From an uncultured Pseudomonadota bacterium (GTDB lineage: Bacteria; Oederibacteriota; Muellerivitia; Muellerivitales; Muellerivitaceae): a DNA stretch of 64,000 nt. Location of the stretch: assembly GCA_963843375.1 (NCBI GenBank), contig CAWJKT010000008.1:128001-192000 (forward strand). Reading direction: 5' to 3'. Under the pieces are notes generated by a model that made no database searches, was not told the DNA's origin, and worked only from the letters and a program-made list of their open reading frames with translations. Positions 1 through 9,945 of this stretch are shown in pieces (position 1 is the stretch's first letter; each line of letters starts with the position of its first letter). The position numbers and the translations under genes were made by a program.

Positions 1-3000
1 CGTTGCCGTTTGGGTCGGTGTCCTTGTATCCGTCACTGTCGGCGTATTTGTAATCGTATGAGTGAGGGTTACTGTCGCCGTATTTGTCGGGGTTCTCGTA
101 TCAGTTACCGTCGGCGTATTCGTTGGAGTGTTCGTAATCGTGTGAGTGTTTGTCACGGTCGCCGTATTCGTCGGGGTCCGACTATCGGTTGGAGTTGAAG
201 TGACCGTTGGTGTATGCGTCGGAGTTCGGGTATCAGTTACTGTTGGCGTATTCGTAATGGTGTGGGTTTCGGTTACCGTCGCCGTATTCGTTGGCGTCTT
301 GCTATCCGTAGGAGTCGAAGTGACTGTCGGGGTATGAGTTGGCGTTTGGGTGTCCGTTATTGTTGGCGTGTTGGTTATGGTGTGGGTGGCGGTCACGGTC
401 GCTGTATTCGTCGGGGTTCGAGTCACCGTGGGCGTATGCGTATTAGTCGGAGTATGCGTCGGGGTCCGAGTATCCGTCATTGTCGGAGTATTGGTAATCG
501 TGTGAGTATCGGTCACTGTTGCCGTATTCGTCGGGGTTCGAGTCACCGTGAGCGTATGCGTATTAGTCGGGGTATGCGTCGGGGTCCGAGTATCCGTCAC
601 TGTCGGAGTATTGGTAATCGTGTGAGTATCGGTCACTGTTGCCGTATTCGTCGGGGTTCGAGTCACCGTGGGCGTATGCGTATTAGTCGGAGTATGCGTC
701 GGGGTCTGAGTATCCGTCATTGTCGGAGTATTCGTAATGGTATGAGTGTCGGTCACAGTCGCCGTATTCGTCGGGGTTCGAGTCACCGTGGGCGTATGCG
801 TATTAGTCGGAGTATGCGTCGGGGTCCGAGTATCCGTCATTGTCGGAGTATTCGTAATGGTATGAGTGTCGGTCACAGTCGCCGTATTCGTCGGGGTTCG
901 GCTATCGGTTGGAGTTGAAGTGACCGTTGGTGTATGAGTTGGTGTCTGGGTATCAGTTACTGTTGGCGTATTCGTAATGGTGTGGGTATCGGTCACCGTT
1001 GCTGTATTTGTCGGAGTCCGAGTATTCGTCACTGTCGGCGAATTTGTTGGAGTCCCGCTGTTGGTCGCCGTAGATGTATTCGTCGCCGTGTTTGTAGCGG
1101 TGTGAGTATCCGTCACGGTCGCCGTATTGGTCGGTGTCCTGGTATCGGTCACTGTGGCGGTGTTCGTCGGTGTGTTTGTGATGGTGTGAGTGTCAGTCAC
1201 CGTTGCCGTATTCGTCGGGGTCCGGGTATCCGTTACGGTCGGCGAATTAGTTGGAGTCCCACTGTTGGTCGCTGTTGGCGTATTCGTCGCCGTGTTTGTA
1301 GCAGTGTGAGTATCCGTTATCGTCGCCGTATTGGTCGGTGTCCTGGTATCGGTCACTGTGGCGGTGTTCGTCGGTGTGTTCGTGATGGTGTGAGTGTCAG
1401 TCACCGTTGCCGTATTCGTCGGGGTCCGGGTATCCGTTACGGTTGGTGAATTGGTTGGAGTCCCGCTGTTGGTCGCCGTAGATGTATTCGTCGCCGTGTT
1501 TGTAGCAGTGTGAGTATCCGTTATCGTCGCCGTATTGGTCGGTGTCCTGGTATCGGTCACTGTGACGGTGTTCGTCGGTGTGTTCGTGATGGTGTGAGTG
1601 TCGGTCACCGTTGCCGTATTCGTCGGGGTCCGGGTATCCGTTACGGTCGGTGAATTGGTTGGAGTCCCGCTGTTGGTCGCCGTAGATGTATTCGTCGCCG
1701 TGTTTGTAGCCGTGTGAGTATCCGTCACGGTCGCCGTATTGGTCGGGGTCCTGGTATCGGTCACTGTGGCGGTGTTCGTCGGTGTGTTTGTGATGGTGTG
1801 AGTGTCGGTCACCGTTGCCGTATTCGTCGGGGTCCGGGTATCCGTTACGGTCGGTGAATTGGTTGGAGTCCCGCTGTTGGTCGCCGTAGATGTATTCGTC
1901 GCCGTGTTTGTAGCCGTGTGAGTATCCGTCACGGTCGCCGTATTGGTCGGGGTCCTGGTATCGGTCACTGTGGCGGTGTTCGTCGGTGTGTTTGTGATGG
2001 TGTGAGTGTCGGTCACCGTTGCCGTATTCGTCGGGGTCCGGGTATCCGTTACGGTCGGTGAATTGGTTGGAGTCCCGCTGTTGGTCGCCGTAGATGTATT
2101 CGTCGCCGTGTTTGTAGCCGTGTGAGTATCCGTCACGGTCGCCGTATTGGTCGGGGTCCTGGTATCGGTCACTGTGGCGGTGTTCGTCGGTGTGTTTGTG
2201 ATGGTGTGAGTGTCGGTCACCGTTGCCGTATTCGTCGGGGTCCGGGTATCCGTTACGGTCGGTGAATTGGTTGGAGTCCCGCTGTTGGTCGCCGTAGATG
2301 TATTCGTCGCCGTGTTTGTAGCCGTGTGAGTATCCGTCACGGTCGCCGTATCGGTCGGAGTCCGAGTGTTGGTGATCGTTCCCGTGTTAGTCGGTGTGTT
2401 CGTGATGGTGGGAGTGTCGGTATTCGTCGCGGTGTTCGTCGAGGTCCGGGTATTCGTTACGGTCGGCGAATTGGTTGGAGTTCCGCTGTTGGTCGCCGTC
2501 GATGTATTCGTCGCCGTGTTTGTAGCGGTGTGGGTATCCGTCACGGTGGCCGTATCGGTCGGAGTCCGAGTGTTGGTGATCGTTCCCGTGTTAGTCGGTG
2601 TGTTCGTGATGGTGGGAGTGTCGGTATTCGTCGCGGTGTTCGTCGGGGTCCGGGTATTCGTTACGGTCGGCGAATTGGTTGGAGTTCCGCTGTTGGTCGC
2701 CGTCGATGTATTCGTCGCCGTGTTTGTAGCCGTGTGAGTATCCGTCACGGTCGCCGTATCGGTCGGAGTCCGAGTGTTGGTGATCGTTCCCGTGTTAGTC
2801 GGTGTGTTCGTGATGGTGGGAGTGTCGGTATTCGTCGCGGTGTTCGTCGGAGTCCTTGTGTTGGTAGGAGTATGGGTGTTCGTCGGCGTACCCGTATCCG
2901 TCATGGTGTTTGTCATTGTCGGTGTATTCGTGATCGTGTGGGTGTTTGTCGGAGTCGAAGTTAAACTCGGTGTATCCGTGTTCGTAGGTGTTCCTGTATT

Positions 3001-3510
3001 CGTCGGCAGGTTCGTTGTCGTCGGGGTGTTGGTAATCGTGTGTGTATTGTTGGGAGTTGGAGTCACTGTGGGTGTATGCGTGTTCGTTGGAGTACCTGTA
3101 TTAGTCATCGTGTTCGTCATCGTCGGGGTGTTGGTGATCGTGTGTGTATTGGTGGGAGTTGGAGTCACTGTGGGTGTATGCGTGTTCGTCGGGGTTCCCG
3201 TATCAGTCTTCGTGTTCGTCATCGTCGGGGTGTTGGTGATCGTGTGTGTATTGGTGGGAGTTGGAGTCACTGTGGGTGTATGCGTGTTCGTCGGGGTTCC
3301 CGTATCAGTCTTCGTGTTCGTCATCGTCGGGGTGTTCGCCGGTGTGAGGGTACCGGTGGGAGTGGAAGACAAAACAGGATTAACGGTCGACACGACTTGG
3401 GCAGTGGCTTTTTCACAAGTCAGAAAAAATAAAAAGATAACGCAAGATATTATCGTTAAAGAAAAATAGGCAAAAGAAGAAATATTAGGTTTCGATTTTA
3501 TAATTCTCAT
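1..3510 (-). CDS. Giant secreted Thr/Pro-rich repeat (mucin-like stalk) protein, 3' end outside window (>=1170 aa)
   Basis: Manual translation from ATG 3510 gives [38 protein letters not shown] (signal peptide), then T-x-T repeats. The same frame reads RTPTQTAT at the window edge. It is absent from the ORF track because there is no stop in the window. Confidence 0.9.
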   Translation of the reverse strand, partial: MRIIKSKPNISSFAYFSLTIISCVIFLFFLTCEKATAQVVSTVNPVLSSTPTGTLTPANTPTMTNTKTDTGTPTNTHTPTVTPTPTNTHTITNTPTMTNTKTDTGTPTNTHTPTVTPTPTNTHTITNTPTMTNTMTNTGTPTNTHTPTVTPTPNNTHTITNTPTTTNLPTNTGTPTNTDTPSLTSTPTNTHTITNTPTMTNTMTDTGTPTNTHTPTNTRTPTNTATNTDTPTITNTPTNTGTITNTRTPTDTATVTDTHTATNTATNTSTATNSGTPTNSPTVTNTRTPTNTATNTDTPTITNTPTNTGTITNTRTPTDTATVTDTHTATNTATNTSTATNSGTPTNSPTVTNTRTSTNTATNTDTPTITNTPTNTGTITNTRTPTDTATVTDTHTATNTATNTSTATNSGTPTNSPTVTDTRTPTNTATVTDTHTITNTPTNTATVTDTRTPTNTATVTDTHTATNTATNTSTATNSGTPTNSPTVTDTRTPTNTATVTDTHTITNTPTNTATVTDTRTPTNTATVTDTHTATNTATNTSTATNSGTPTNSPTVTDTRTPTNTATVTDTHTITNTPTNTATVTDTRTPTNTATVTDTHTATNTATNTSTATNSGTPTNSPTVTDTRTPTNTATVTDTHTITNTPTNTVTVTDTRTPTNTATITDTHTATNTATNTSTATNSGTPTNSPTVTDTRTPTNTATVTDTHTITNTPTNTATVTDTRTPTNTATITDTHTATNTATNTPTATNSGTPTNSPTVTDTRTPTNTATVTDTHTITNTPTNTATVTDTRTPTNTATVTDTHTATNTATNTSTATNSGTPTNSPTVTNTRTPTNTATVTDTHTITNTPTVTDTQTPTHTPTVTSTPTDSRTPTNTATVTDTHTITNTPTMTDTRTPTHTPTNTHTPTVTRTPTNTATVTDTHTITNTPTMTDTQTPTHTPTNTHTPTVTRTPTNTATVTDTHTITNTPTVTDTRTPTHTPTNTHTLTVTRTPTNTATVTDTHTITNTPTMTDTRTPTHTPTNTHTPTVTRTPTNTATVTATHTITNTPTITDTQTPTHTPTVTSTPTDSKTPTNTATVTETHTITNTPTVTDTRTPTHTPTVTSTPTDSRTPTNTATVTNTHTITNTPTNTPTVTDTRTPTNTATVTLTHTITNTPTVTDTRTPTQTAT
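400..3330. repeat. Intragenic tandem repeats: 120-bp x ~4 (~400-900), 204-bp x ~9 (~1020-2850), 102-bp x 3 (~3030-3330)
   Basis: Anchor agtcaccgtg at 421/541/661/781; gaatt anchor at 1040,1244,...,2672 (step 204); agtcactgtg at 3061/3163/3265. Confidence 0.92.
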
Positions 3511-3717
3511 CAATAAAAAGCTTTCAGGCTTTTTGAAAAAAGCAAAAATAATTTTGTTTGAAGTTCTAACGTCGAATCTTACACCTTCTGCAGCCGGAAA
3601 TGGCTCAACCTGAAAATAAATTTTTCCTTAAGTTTAAATCGATTTAACGTTTCATACTAAAAAAGGGGGGGCACAACTACAAAAACCCATCAATTCGATT
3701 CAGATAAAGCACTTTTT

Positions 3718-4428
3718 TTATAGAGGTGGAGGCAAAGGCTTTCTTTTCCAAGCAGAAATCCACCTGTTTCCCAACCATCCCGCCAACCAGGAATAAGCGA
3801 GTACCGGCAAAAAATGCTCGAAACAAACGTGATACAGGTTTTGACTATCGCAATGAAGCGTAATAAAGCCCAAACCAAAAAGAAAGGCGGATACTCCCGA
3901 CCACAATCCCACTTTTCTGGCATTCAAAGGCGCGTTACCTTTAACCAGTAATACCAATCCAACCCAAAAAACCGACCCGAGGAGGAAGACCACAACAAAA
4001 CAAGGGAGCGGCGTGAAATGGTCCAGGTAATGCTCCGCTTTCCAAGGAAAAAAAAGAAAGAATAAAAGACTGACTCCCACCCCCAAAGAAGAAGACAACC
4101 GAAATTTCCATTTCCCAGTTTGTTCCCCGCCGGGAAAGCTGGCTTCAATGGCTCCCAAGGCCGACAGGGCGGCGGCTACGAAAATGAATAGCATCATCAA
4201 GTCAAAGGGAATGTATTTTAGATTAAGTAAAAGGTCGGCTCGAAGAGGCAGGAAGAAAAGAATAATAGAAACAACCAGCGAAGCGATCACCAGCCAAGAG
4301 AACCACTGTATAAGAGGGGTCGCAATTTTCTCAACCGGCTTCAATCCATGCGCCAGGCGTTCCACTGTCTTTTGATGGATAGCGGGCATTCCCTTTTCCG
4401 CATTAGGTTTTGAGGGGGTCTTTTTCAT
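3718..4428 (-). CDS. NrsF/DUF1109-family membrane anti-sigma factor
   Basis: Six TM segments, LxPV N-terminal motif, conserved Cys and LHC...H; overlaps the ECF sigma stop. Confidence 0.8.
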   Translation of the reverse strand: MKKTPSKPNAEKGMPAIHQKTVERLAHGLKPVEKIATPLIQWFSWLVIASLVVSIILFFLPLRADLLLNLKYIPFDLMMLFIFVAAALSALGAIEASFPGGEQTGKWKFRLSSSLGVGVSLLFFLFFPWKAEHYLDHFTPLPCFVVVFLLGSVFWVGLVLLVKGNAPLNARKVGLWSGVSAFLFGLGFITLHCDSQNLYHVCFEHFLPVLAYSWLAGWLGNRWISAWKRKPLPPPL

Positions 4429-4982
4429 GGCTTTAATCGCTTCTCCAACAATATTTTTTTGAGCCGGGCGTAACCTCGGTGGGCGCGCACTTTGAGGGCA
4501 CTCACCGAAAGGCCCAAAACTTTGGCAGCTTCTTCTACGGTCAAACCCTCAATCTTCAGCATCTCCACGGGCCGCCTCAAACTTAACGGCAACTGGGCCA
4601 AAGCAAGGTGCAATTCATCACCTAAGTCGCCGTCCAGTTCTTCCCGATGGGCCGTTTCCGGCAGTATTTCCACCGGCACTTCATTTTCGGCGAATTTCCG
4701 ATTTTTGCCGATGCCATCCAGGAAGGCGTTATGGGCGATGGTGAAAAGCCACGGAGCAAAAGGCCGGTCGCTCAGGTAACTATGGCGGGCACGGTGGAAG
4801 GTGAAAAGAACTTCCTGGTACACGTCATCTACCAATGATTTATTGAAGACTCTGCGTCGCACATAGGAATAAAGAAGGGGCCCGATTTCATTCAGGAGCA
4901 TTCGGTAGGTTTCCTCATCGCCCGCCTGGACCCTTTTCATCATTTGGGACCAGGATAGCCATTGGGTTGGGCTGGCTTTCAA
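4425..4982 (-). CDS. ECF RNA polymerase sigma factor (SigF/ECF16-like)
   Basis: Region 2 DDVYQEV...PWLFTIAHN; region 4 EAAKVLGLSVSALKVRAHRG; paired with NrsF. Confidence 0.92.
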   Translation of the reverse strand: MKASPTQWLSWSQMMKRVQAGDEETYRMLLNEIGPLLYSYVRRRVFNKSLVDDVYQEVLFTFHRARHSYLSDRPFAPWLFTIAHNAFLDGIGKNRKFAENEVPVEILPETAHREELDGDLGDELHLALAQLPLSLRRPVEMLKIEGLTVEEAAKVLGLSVSALKVRAHRGYARLKKILLEKRLKP

Positions 4983-4998
4983 AGGTGCTCCTTTGGAT

Positions 4999-5024
4999 TA
5001 CGGATTGAAAAAGGGAGAGGTTAC
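4999..5024 (-). promoter_or_regulatory. Putative ECF promoter GTAACC-N16-CGTA (autoregulation)
   Basis: The minus strand reads GTAACC tctccctttttcaatc CGTA just upstream of the RBS AGGAG of the sigma gene. Confidence 0.65.
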
Positions 5025-5027
5025 AAG

Positions 5028-5726
5028 TTATCCGATTAAATCCAAAGTTTCCTTTAGCTCTAAAAGACGGCAGGAATAAATGGGCGTATCCCGAACGGTG
5101 TATTTGGAGCCCTCGGTTTCTCTCAAAGCCATGACCAAATCCAGGAAATCCCCGGGGGTATCTGTTTCAAAAGCTACAACGAAATCCTGGTCGTCCAAGC
5201 CAAAAGAATAGGTCGTATTCAACTTGACCGAGGGGTAGAGGTTTCCCACCCGGATATGCTCATCCATCACTTTTTGGCGAACTTCCTTGGAAAGCAGGTA
5301 CCATTCGCGGCTTTTCACGAAGGGATAAATAAAGATGTATTTGAACCTGCCCGGATAAATGTTGGTCCTGGATTCCTCTGAACCGCCCACGTGCTGATGC
5401 TTGTCGATATAAGTGCTTCGCTTGGTCATGGCCAAATAGGAGGCAGGCGTCCTAAGGAAAGGGCCAAGTGCCGACTTCATTAGGGCCGAACTTTGTTTTT
5501 GGATGGCGTCCAGATCATAGCTAATGCGCCAAAGCATCAGGTCCACGTCCGGACGGAAGCCAACCGTGGAATAGGAAAGCAAAATGCCGTCTTTTTTAAA
5601 AGTTTCCGCGGCTTCCAAAAACGACTTCTTGGCGGATTCCTTTTCCAAAGCCTGAAGCTTGTGAAATTCCTCGGATATTTTATAGAAGGCGAAACTTACA
5701 AATTGGCGCTTGGTCGAATCGGCCAT
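5028..5726 (-). CDS. Chlorite dismutase/coproheme decarboxylase (ChdC/HemQ) family protein
   Basis: YPFVKSREWYLL, MDEHIRVG, YSFGLDDQDFVVAFE, LRETE motifs. Confidence 0.88.
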   Translation of the reverse strand: MADSTKRQFVSFAFYKISEEFHKLQALEKESAKKSFLEAAETFKKDGILLSYSTVGFRPDVDLMLWRISYDLDAIQKQSSALMKSALGPFLRTPASYLAMTKRSTYIDKHQHVGGSEESRTNIYPGRFKYIFIYPFVKSREWYLLSKEVRQKVMDEHIRVGNLYPSVKLNTTYSFGLDDQDFVVAFETDTPGDFLDLVMALRETEGSKYTVRDTPIYSCRLLELKETLDLIG

Positions 5727-5837
5727 GATTTACCCCTGACGAAAATGAATTGAGAGGCGGTATTTTATGCCGAGGGCCTCCAAAAAGCAAAAGCCAATGA
5801 ACCGCCGAGTTTCATTCTTTATCCCCCGAGCGAATTA

Positions 5838-7918
5838 TTATGGTTCCAGGACTTGAAGCTTGGCCACCGGGACAAAACGCGGGTCGGCAATGGGGTAAAG
5901 GCTGCGCGTCACGGGCCAAAGACCATCTTTCCACGAATCTGAATGGGTCGTGGAAAATTGAACCAACGCGCCATTCTCCCCGCGGCCCAGAAACTTGTCC
6001 AAATTCTGGTTTCCATTGCGCTCGTAGAACTCACGGCTAAAGGATTCCTTTCCAGCTTCCAGTGGCGGAAGTTTTTTTTGGAGGCCGATTGTCAAAGCGT
6101 AATTTCCTGGCGGGAAATCCGACGGAATAAATAAAATCCGTTTTTCTTCTAAAAGCAATCCCGGCTTAAGTTGCGATAAATAATTTGCCGTGCGCCTCAT
6201 GGATATCATGAAGCCAGAAAACCCCGTTTCTCATCAGGTAGTCTCCTTTCGGGTCTATAAAAACTCCCACTACCATGTCGGATGAATCCTGGGGACTGGC
6301 CTTGCGTCGGACCCACCGGTAATTCATTTCCACGATGTCCCCCGGCTTCACCCGGGGCGGCCAAATATCAATTCCTTGCAACTCGATACCGCCCCAAGCC
6401 ACCAAGGGCTTTTCCTCTGGGGCCTTTTTGAGTGCCACCCCGACCCTGTAGGGAACGACGGCCATCAGGGGCCCCCAGCCTTGGTAGGACCATTCCGGAG
6501 GTAAAGCCCACTGCCTGGTCACATAAAGGGGACGGTGCTGGCTCAGGCATTCTTGGATTTCAAACGCAACCCGGGAGGAATCGGTACCGGGTTCAACAAT
6601 CCCAATGTCTTTCCGGAATCCGTAACACTGTTGGTAGCCTACCAATGGAAAATACTCGTTTTCTTCCCAGGGAACATAAAGGGCGTTGGGTTTCATGATC
6701 GTAAGGAGATCACGAGCGTAATCTTCCGCGCCTTTTTCTTTTTTTCGCTCCCAAAAATGACCCACTTGGGAGAATTGGGCTAATAGAAAAACCGTTAAAA
6801 GCACGTCCAGGAATACCGGGCGCAAAGAATTTTTTTTAAAATAACTTTCCAGCAGGGTAAGGGGGAAAACCGCCAACAGCCCACTGTAAACCCAACCCAA
6901 CAAAACCTGGTGGGACTCAAAGGTTGGGAACGGAATGGTAAAGACAAAAACCGCTTCAACGATTCCCCACCCTAGGGCGACCCAAAAAAAGAGTGGAATT
7001 CTCCCTCTTTTCAAATAAGCCAGCCCCACACCCCAAAACAACAAAGCCACGCCTAAAGGAGTCAAATCGTTCCAGAAATGCAAAAACATCTGCCGAGAGG
7101 TTTCAAAAATGCTGGAAGCCGAAACCGTTCCAAGATATTTTGAAAACTTCATGGCCAAAACATGTCGGACAAAAGCCAGCGGATGAGTCAAGTCGGCATA
7201 GGCTATGGCCGGTCTCAAAGCGGAACGGATAGGAAGGTAGAGGGCTGTGCTTTGCCCCAAGATAAAAAAAGGAAAAAGCATCAACAAGTTTTTGACGGAA
7301 AGCTTTCGCTTCTGGAATCCTTCCCAAATAAAAGCCAGCCCGGCAAAGGGCAGAGCAAAGAACTGTGTGGGCCTGAAAACCGTGGCCATCCCGAGAACAA
7401 AAAAGGCTAAGAGCCACTTGCTGGATTTATCGAGGCTTAAGGCCCATAGAAAAAGCAGGCCCAAAAATAGATGCAAGGCATAGACCAAGGGGGTCAGGGA
7501 ATATCTCCACCAAGGCTGGCTTAGACTCCAAGCGGCGGTAAGAAAAACCAGCCACATTTTCAACTTGTTTGAAATCCGTTGGTCAACGGCTTCTGTAGCT
7601 TGGCTCGCCAATCGACAACTTAAAACCCAAAATAAAACCGAGGCCAGGGCTGAACAAACGGTGGACAATAAGCCCAATCGGTAGGCCGGTGTTTCGAAGG
7701 GAAGCAAAAGAAATAGTCTTGCCCAGGAGATGGAATAAAACTTGTCCCGAAGGGTGGGAAATTCCCAGGCAAACCGTCGTACCCACCATCTCCCCAGAAT
7801 CGTACCAACCGATATAAGGGGAAACCAAGAAAGAGTTGAGAAGAACAAACCCGCAAAAAAGAGCGGCTCTCCAGGTCCAATCCTTTCCGGGGAACTGGAT
7901 TCTCGTTTTTTCAATCAT
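5838..7918 (-). CDS. DUF2723/TMEM260-like GT-C membrane glycosyltransferase, two apparent frameshifts (~7717, ~6195)
   Basis: The N-terminal frame has DSGEM...LGISHPSG..LF.LLGK. It continues in the 6166..7914 frame, then the 5838..6209 frame. ATG 7918 overlaps the upstream stop (TGATG). Confidence 0.8.
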
Positions 7919-9897
7919 CAAGTATTGCCCTGGAGCCGTTCGATGTTCGGCTGGACTTGCCCCGAGGGATCGGACAAGTTGAAGTCTTTCAACATGTCCC
8001 GGGCGTCCTCAAAAGCCTTTAGGGCATCTTTCTTACGGCCCAGCGTCTCTAAAGCCTCCGCTTTAAGAAAATACCCAGGGAGAAAATAAGGATATTGGTC
8101 GATCATTTTCTGTGCCGGCGCGATGGCTTCCTTCGCCCGGCCCATCTTCAAGAGAATTCGGGCTAAGTCGGCGTAGTTGGCTGGCGATTCGGGGCCCTTG
8201 GCGACCAGTTGGTTTTGCAGATCCAAGGCTTGGGACAAACGGCCTCGCTTGATAAGGCTTTGTACCTGATTGACCTGGGGATCAACGGCATAAGGCGAGC
8301 ATTGAATGGCCCTTTGAAAATAATCGTCCGCTAGGCCAAAATATTTTTCCTTCTCCTCGGGATTTTTGGTTATGGAGGCCCGTGCGTCTTCGATAGCGCC
8401 CAGAGAATTCCAAGGGTCCATATCGTTCGACCGGAAGGAAAGACTTTTTCGGGCGAATGTCTCTGCCCCATCCAAGTCCCCCAATTGTTGGTGAAATACA
8501 CTTTTGTAATCATAAATGCGGGCCAAGCAATCCCGAAATCCACCCACTCCCAGGGTCCAGCCAATGAAAAGAATGATAACGGCCATGGAAACCACAAACG
8601 CTCTTGGGGAAAATTGAAAATTCACTTTCAAATCATCTTGAGCCCTTTTTTCGCGCAAAGCGAAAGTCACGAAACCCAGTAAAACCAACCGGTGGGACCA
8701 TTCGTGGAATGTAAAATCCACCATGTTATGTAGCGTTTCGATCAAGATAAGATAAAAAGCCAATTCCGCGGATTGGAAAGAAGCGGCGGCATTATGAAAA
8801 ATGGAGCCTTTCAACGCGGCGGCTGAAAACTCCCTTACGAATGCCCAAAGGAGCAAAATGGTGAAAAAAAGCGCTGGCAATCCGCATTCCGACGCCACTT
8901 GTAAAAACTCATTATGGGCGAATGGATTGAGGGTGTTCCAAAGACCGGCCGGTCTGTAATAAGGATAAACGGCGGCGTAGGTTCCCGGCCCGAATCCGAA
9001 AAGCGGTTGGGCCACCACCATTTTGAAGCTGCTGATCCATACATCGATTCGGAAATAGGCCCGGGGATCGGCTGTTTCCGCACTAAGGATTCGGTTGACC
9101 ATCATGGAAATGGAAGCCGCCAAATATAAAACACAAGCGCCAAAAACCAACCACTGAGAACTCGTCCATTGGGAAATCCGTTTTTCCACTTCCTTCATAT
9201 GGAGTACAAGATAAAGCACCACGACCAAGACCATGGAAGCCAGAGATCCCCTGCTCTCGGTCAATCCCCAAGCCAGTAACAGAAAACCCAATCCGATCCA
9301 GGAGACGGGTTTACGGTTCAATTTCTGGTGTGCCCCCCAAAGCAAGGCCATCCCCAAAAAGCCGGCGGCGATATTCTGGTTGGGAAAAGGGCCCTGACGA
9401 GGGATTGTAACATTAACGAAATAGGGGATACCGATGGCATGGCCCACTGTGGTGAGAATCAGCCAGCTGGCGGCCAGCAATGCCGTCAGGTAAAATATTT
9501 TTTCGAACCAAGGAAAAAGCTCGGGCCACTCTTTCCAAGCCCATCGCAGCGAAAACCACCATAAAATCAGGGCCAAGAAACTGCGATAGGCATAATAACT
9601 GTCAAAGGCCTCTTTCGAATGGATAACCGAGAGTAAAACCCATCCCGTCAAAAGCAAAAAAATAAAATTAGGAAAATCCAATGGAATTAAAGAGGGTGAG
9701 TTGCGGTAAAAAAGAATTTTTCCTAAGCATAAAAAAAAGACAGCGGCTGCGGTCCAGCGCAAAAGAAGATCTTGTGTCAGCCAAATCGGCATGGGGCCAT
9801 AAGAAATTAAAGTGACCAGGGGAATGAGGGCCAGGAAAAGAAAACCCACCAGGCGTCCGGTGGCATCGGAGGGAAATTTCATCTGGGTCAGTTTCAT
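7918..9897 (-). CDS. O-antigen ligase (Wzy_C/WaaL/O-OTase-like) family protein with C-terminal TPRs
   Basis: GPFPNQN, TESRG, R..W, PLFGFGPGTY, AHNEFLQ...E.G motifs; TPR-like tail. Confidence 0.88.
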   Translation of the reverse strand: MKLTQMKFPSDATGRLVGFLFLALIPLVTLISYGPMPIWLTQDLLLRWTAAAVFFLCLGKILFYRNSPSLIPLDFPNFIFLLLTGWVLLSVIHSKEAFDSYYAYRSFLALILWWFSLRWAWKEWPELFPWFEKIFYLTALLAASWLILTTVGHAIGIPYFVNVTIPRQGPFPNQNIAAGFLGMALLWGAHQKLNRKPVSWIGLGFLLLAWGLTESRGSLASMVLVVVLYLVLHMKEVEKRISQWTSSQWLVFGACVLYLAASISMMVNRILSAETADPRAYFRIDVWISSFKMVVAQPLFGFGPGTYAAVYPYYRPAGLWNTLNPFAHNEFLQVASECGLPALFFTILLLWAFVREFSAAALKGSIFHNAAASFQSAELAFYLILIETLHNMVDFTFHEWSHRLVLLGFVTFALREKRAQDDLKVNFQFSPRAFVVSMAVIILFIGWTLGVGGFRDCLARIYDYKSVFHQQLGDLDGAETFARKSLSFRSNDMDPWNSLGAIEDARASITKNPEEKEKYFGLADDYFQRAIQCSPYAVDPQVNQVQSLIKRGRLSQALDLQNQLVAKGPESPANYADLARILLKMGRAKEAIAPAQKMIDQYPYFLPGYFLKAEALETLGRKKDALKAFEDARDMLKDFNLSDPSGQVQPNIERLQGNT

Positions 9898-9945
9898 GCC
9901 GTTATTCTACTTCTTTTGAAAGCCCAATTCATCGCCAACCAGATG

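Noticed and set aside
400..3330. CRISPR-like periodicity
   Set aside because: Contiguous in-frame repeats without unique spacers; no cas genes
10..3469. Plus-strand Arg- or Val-rich ORFs
   Set aside because: Antisense shadows of the minus-strand Thr-repeat gene
6166..7914. 582-aa ORF with its listed N-terminus
   Set aside because: The true DUF2723 N-terminus is in another frame (ATG 7918)
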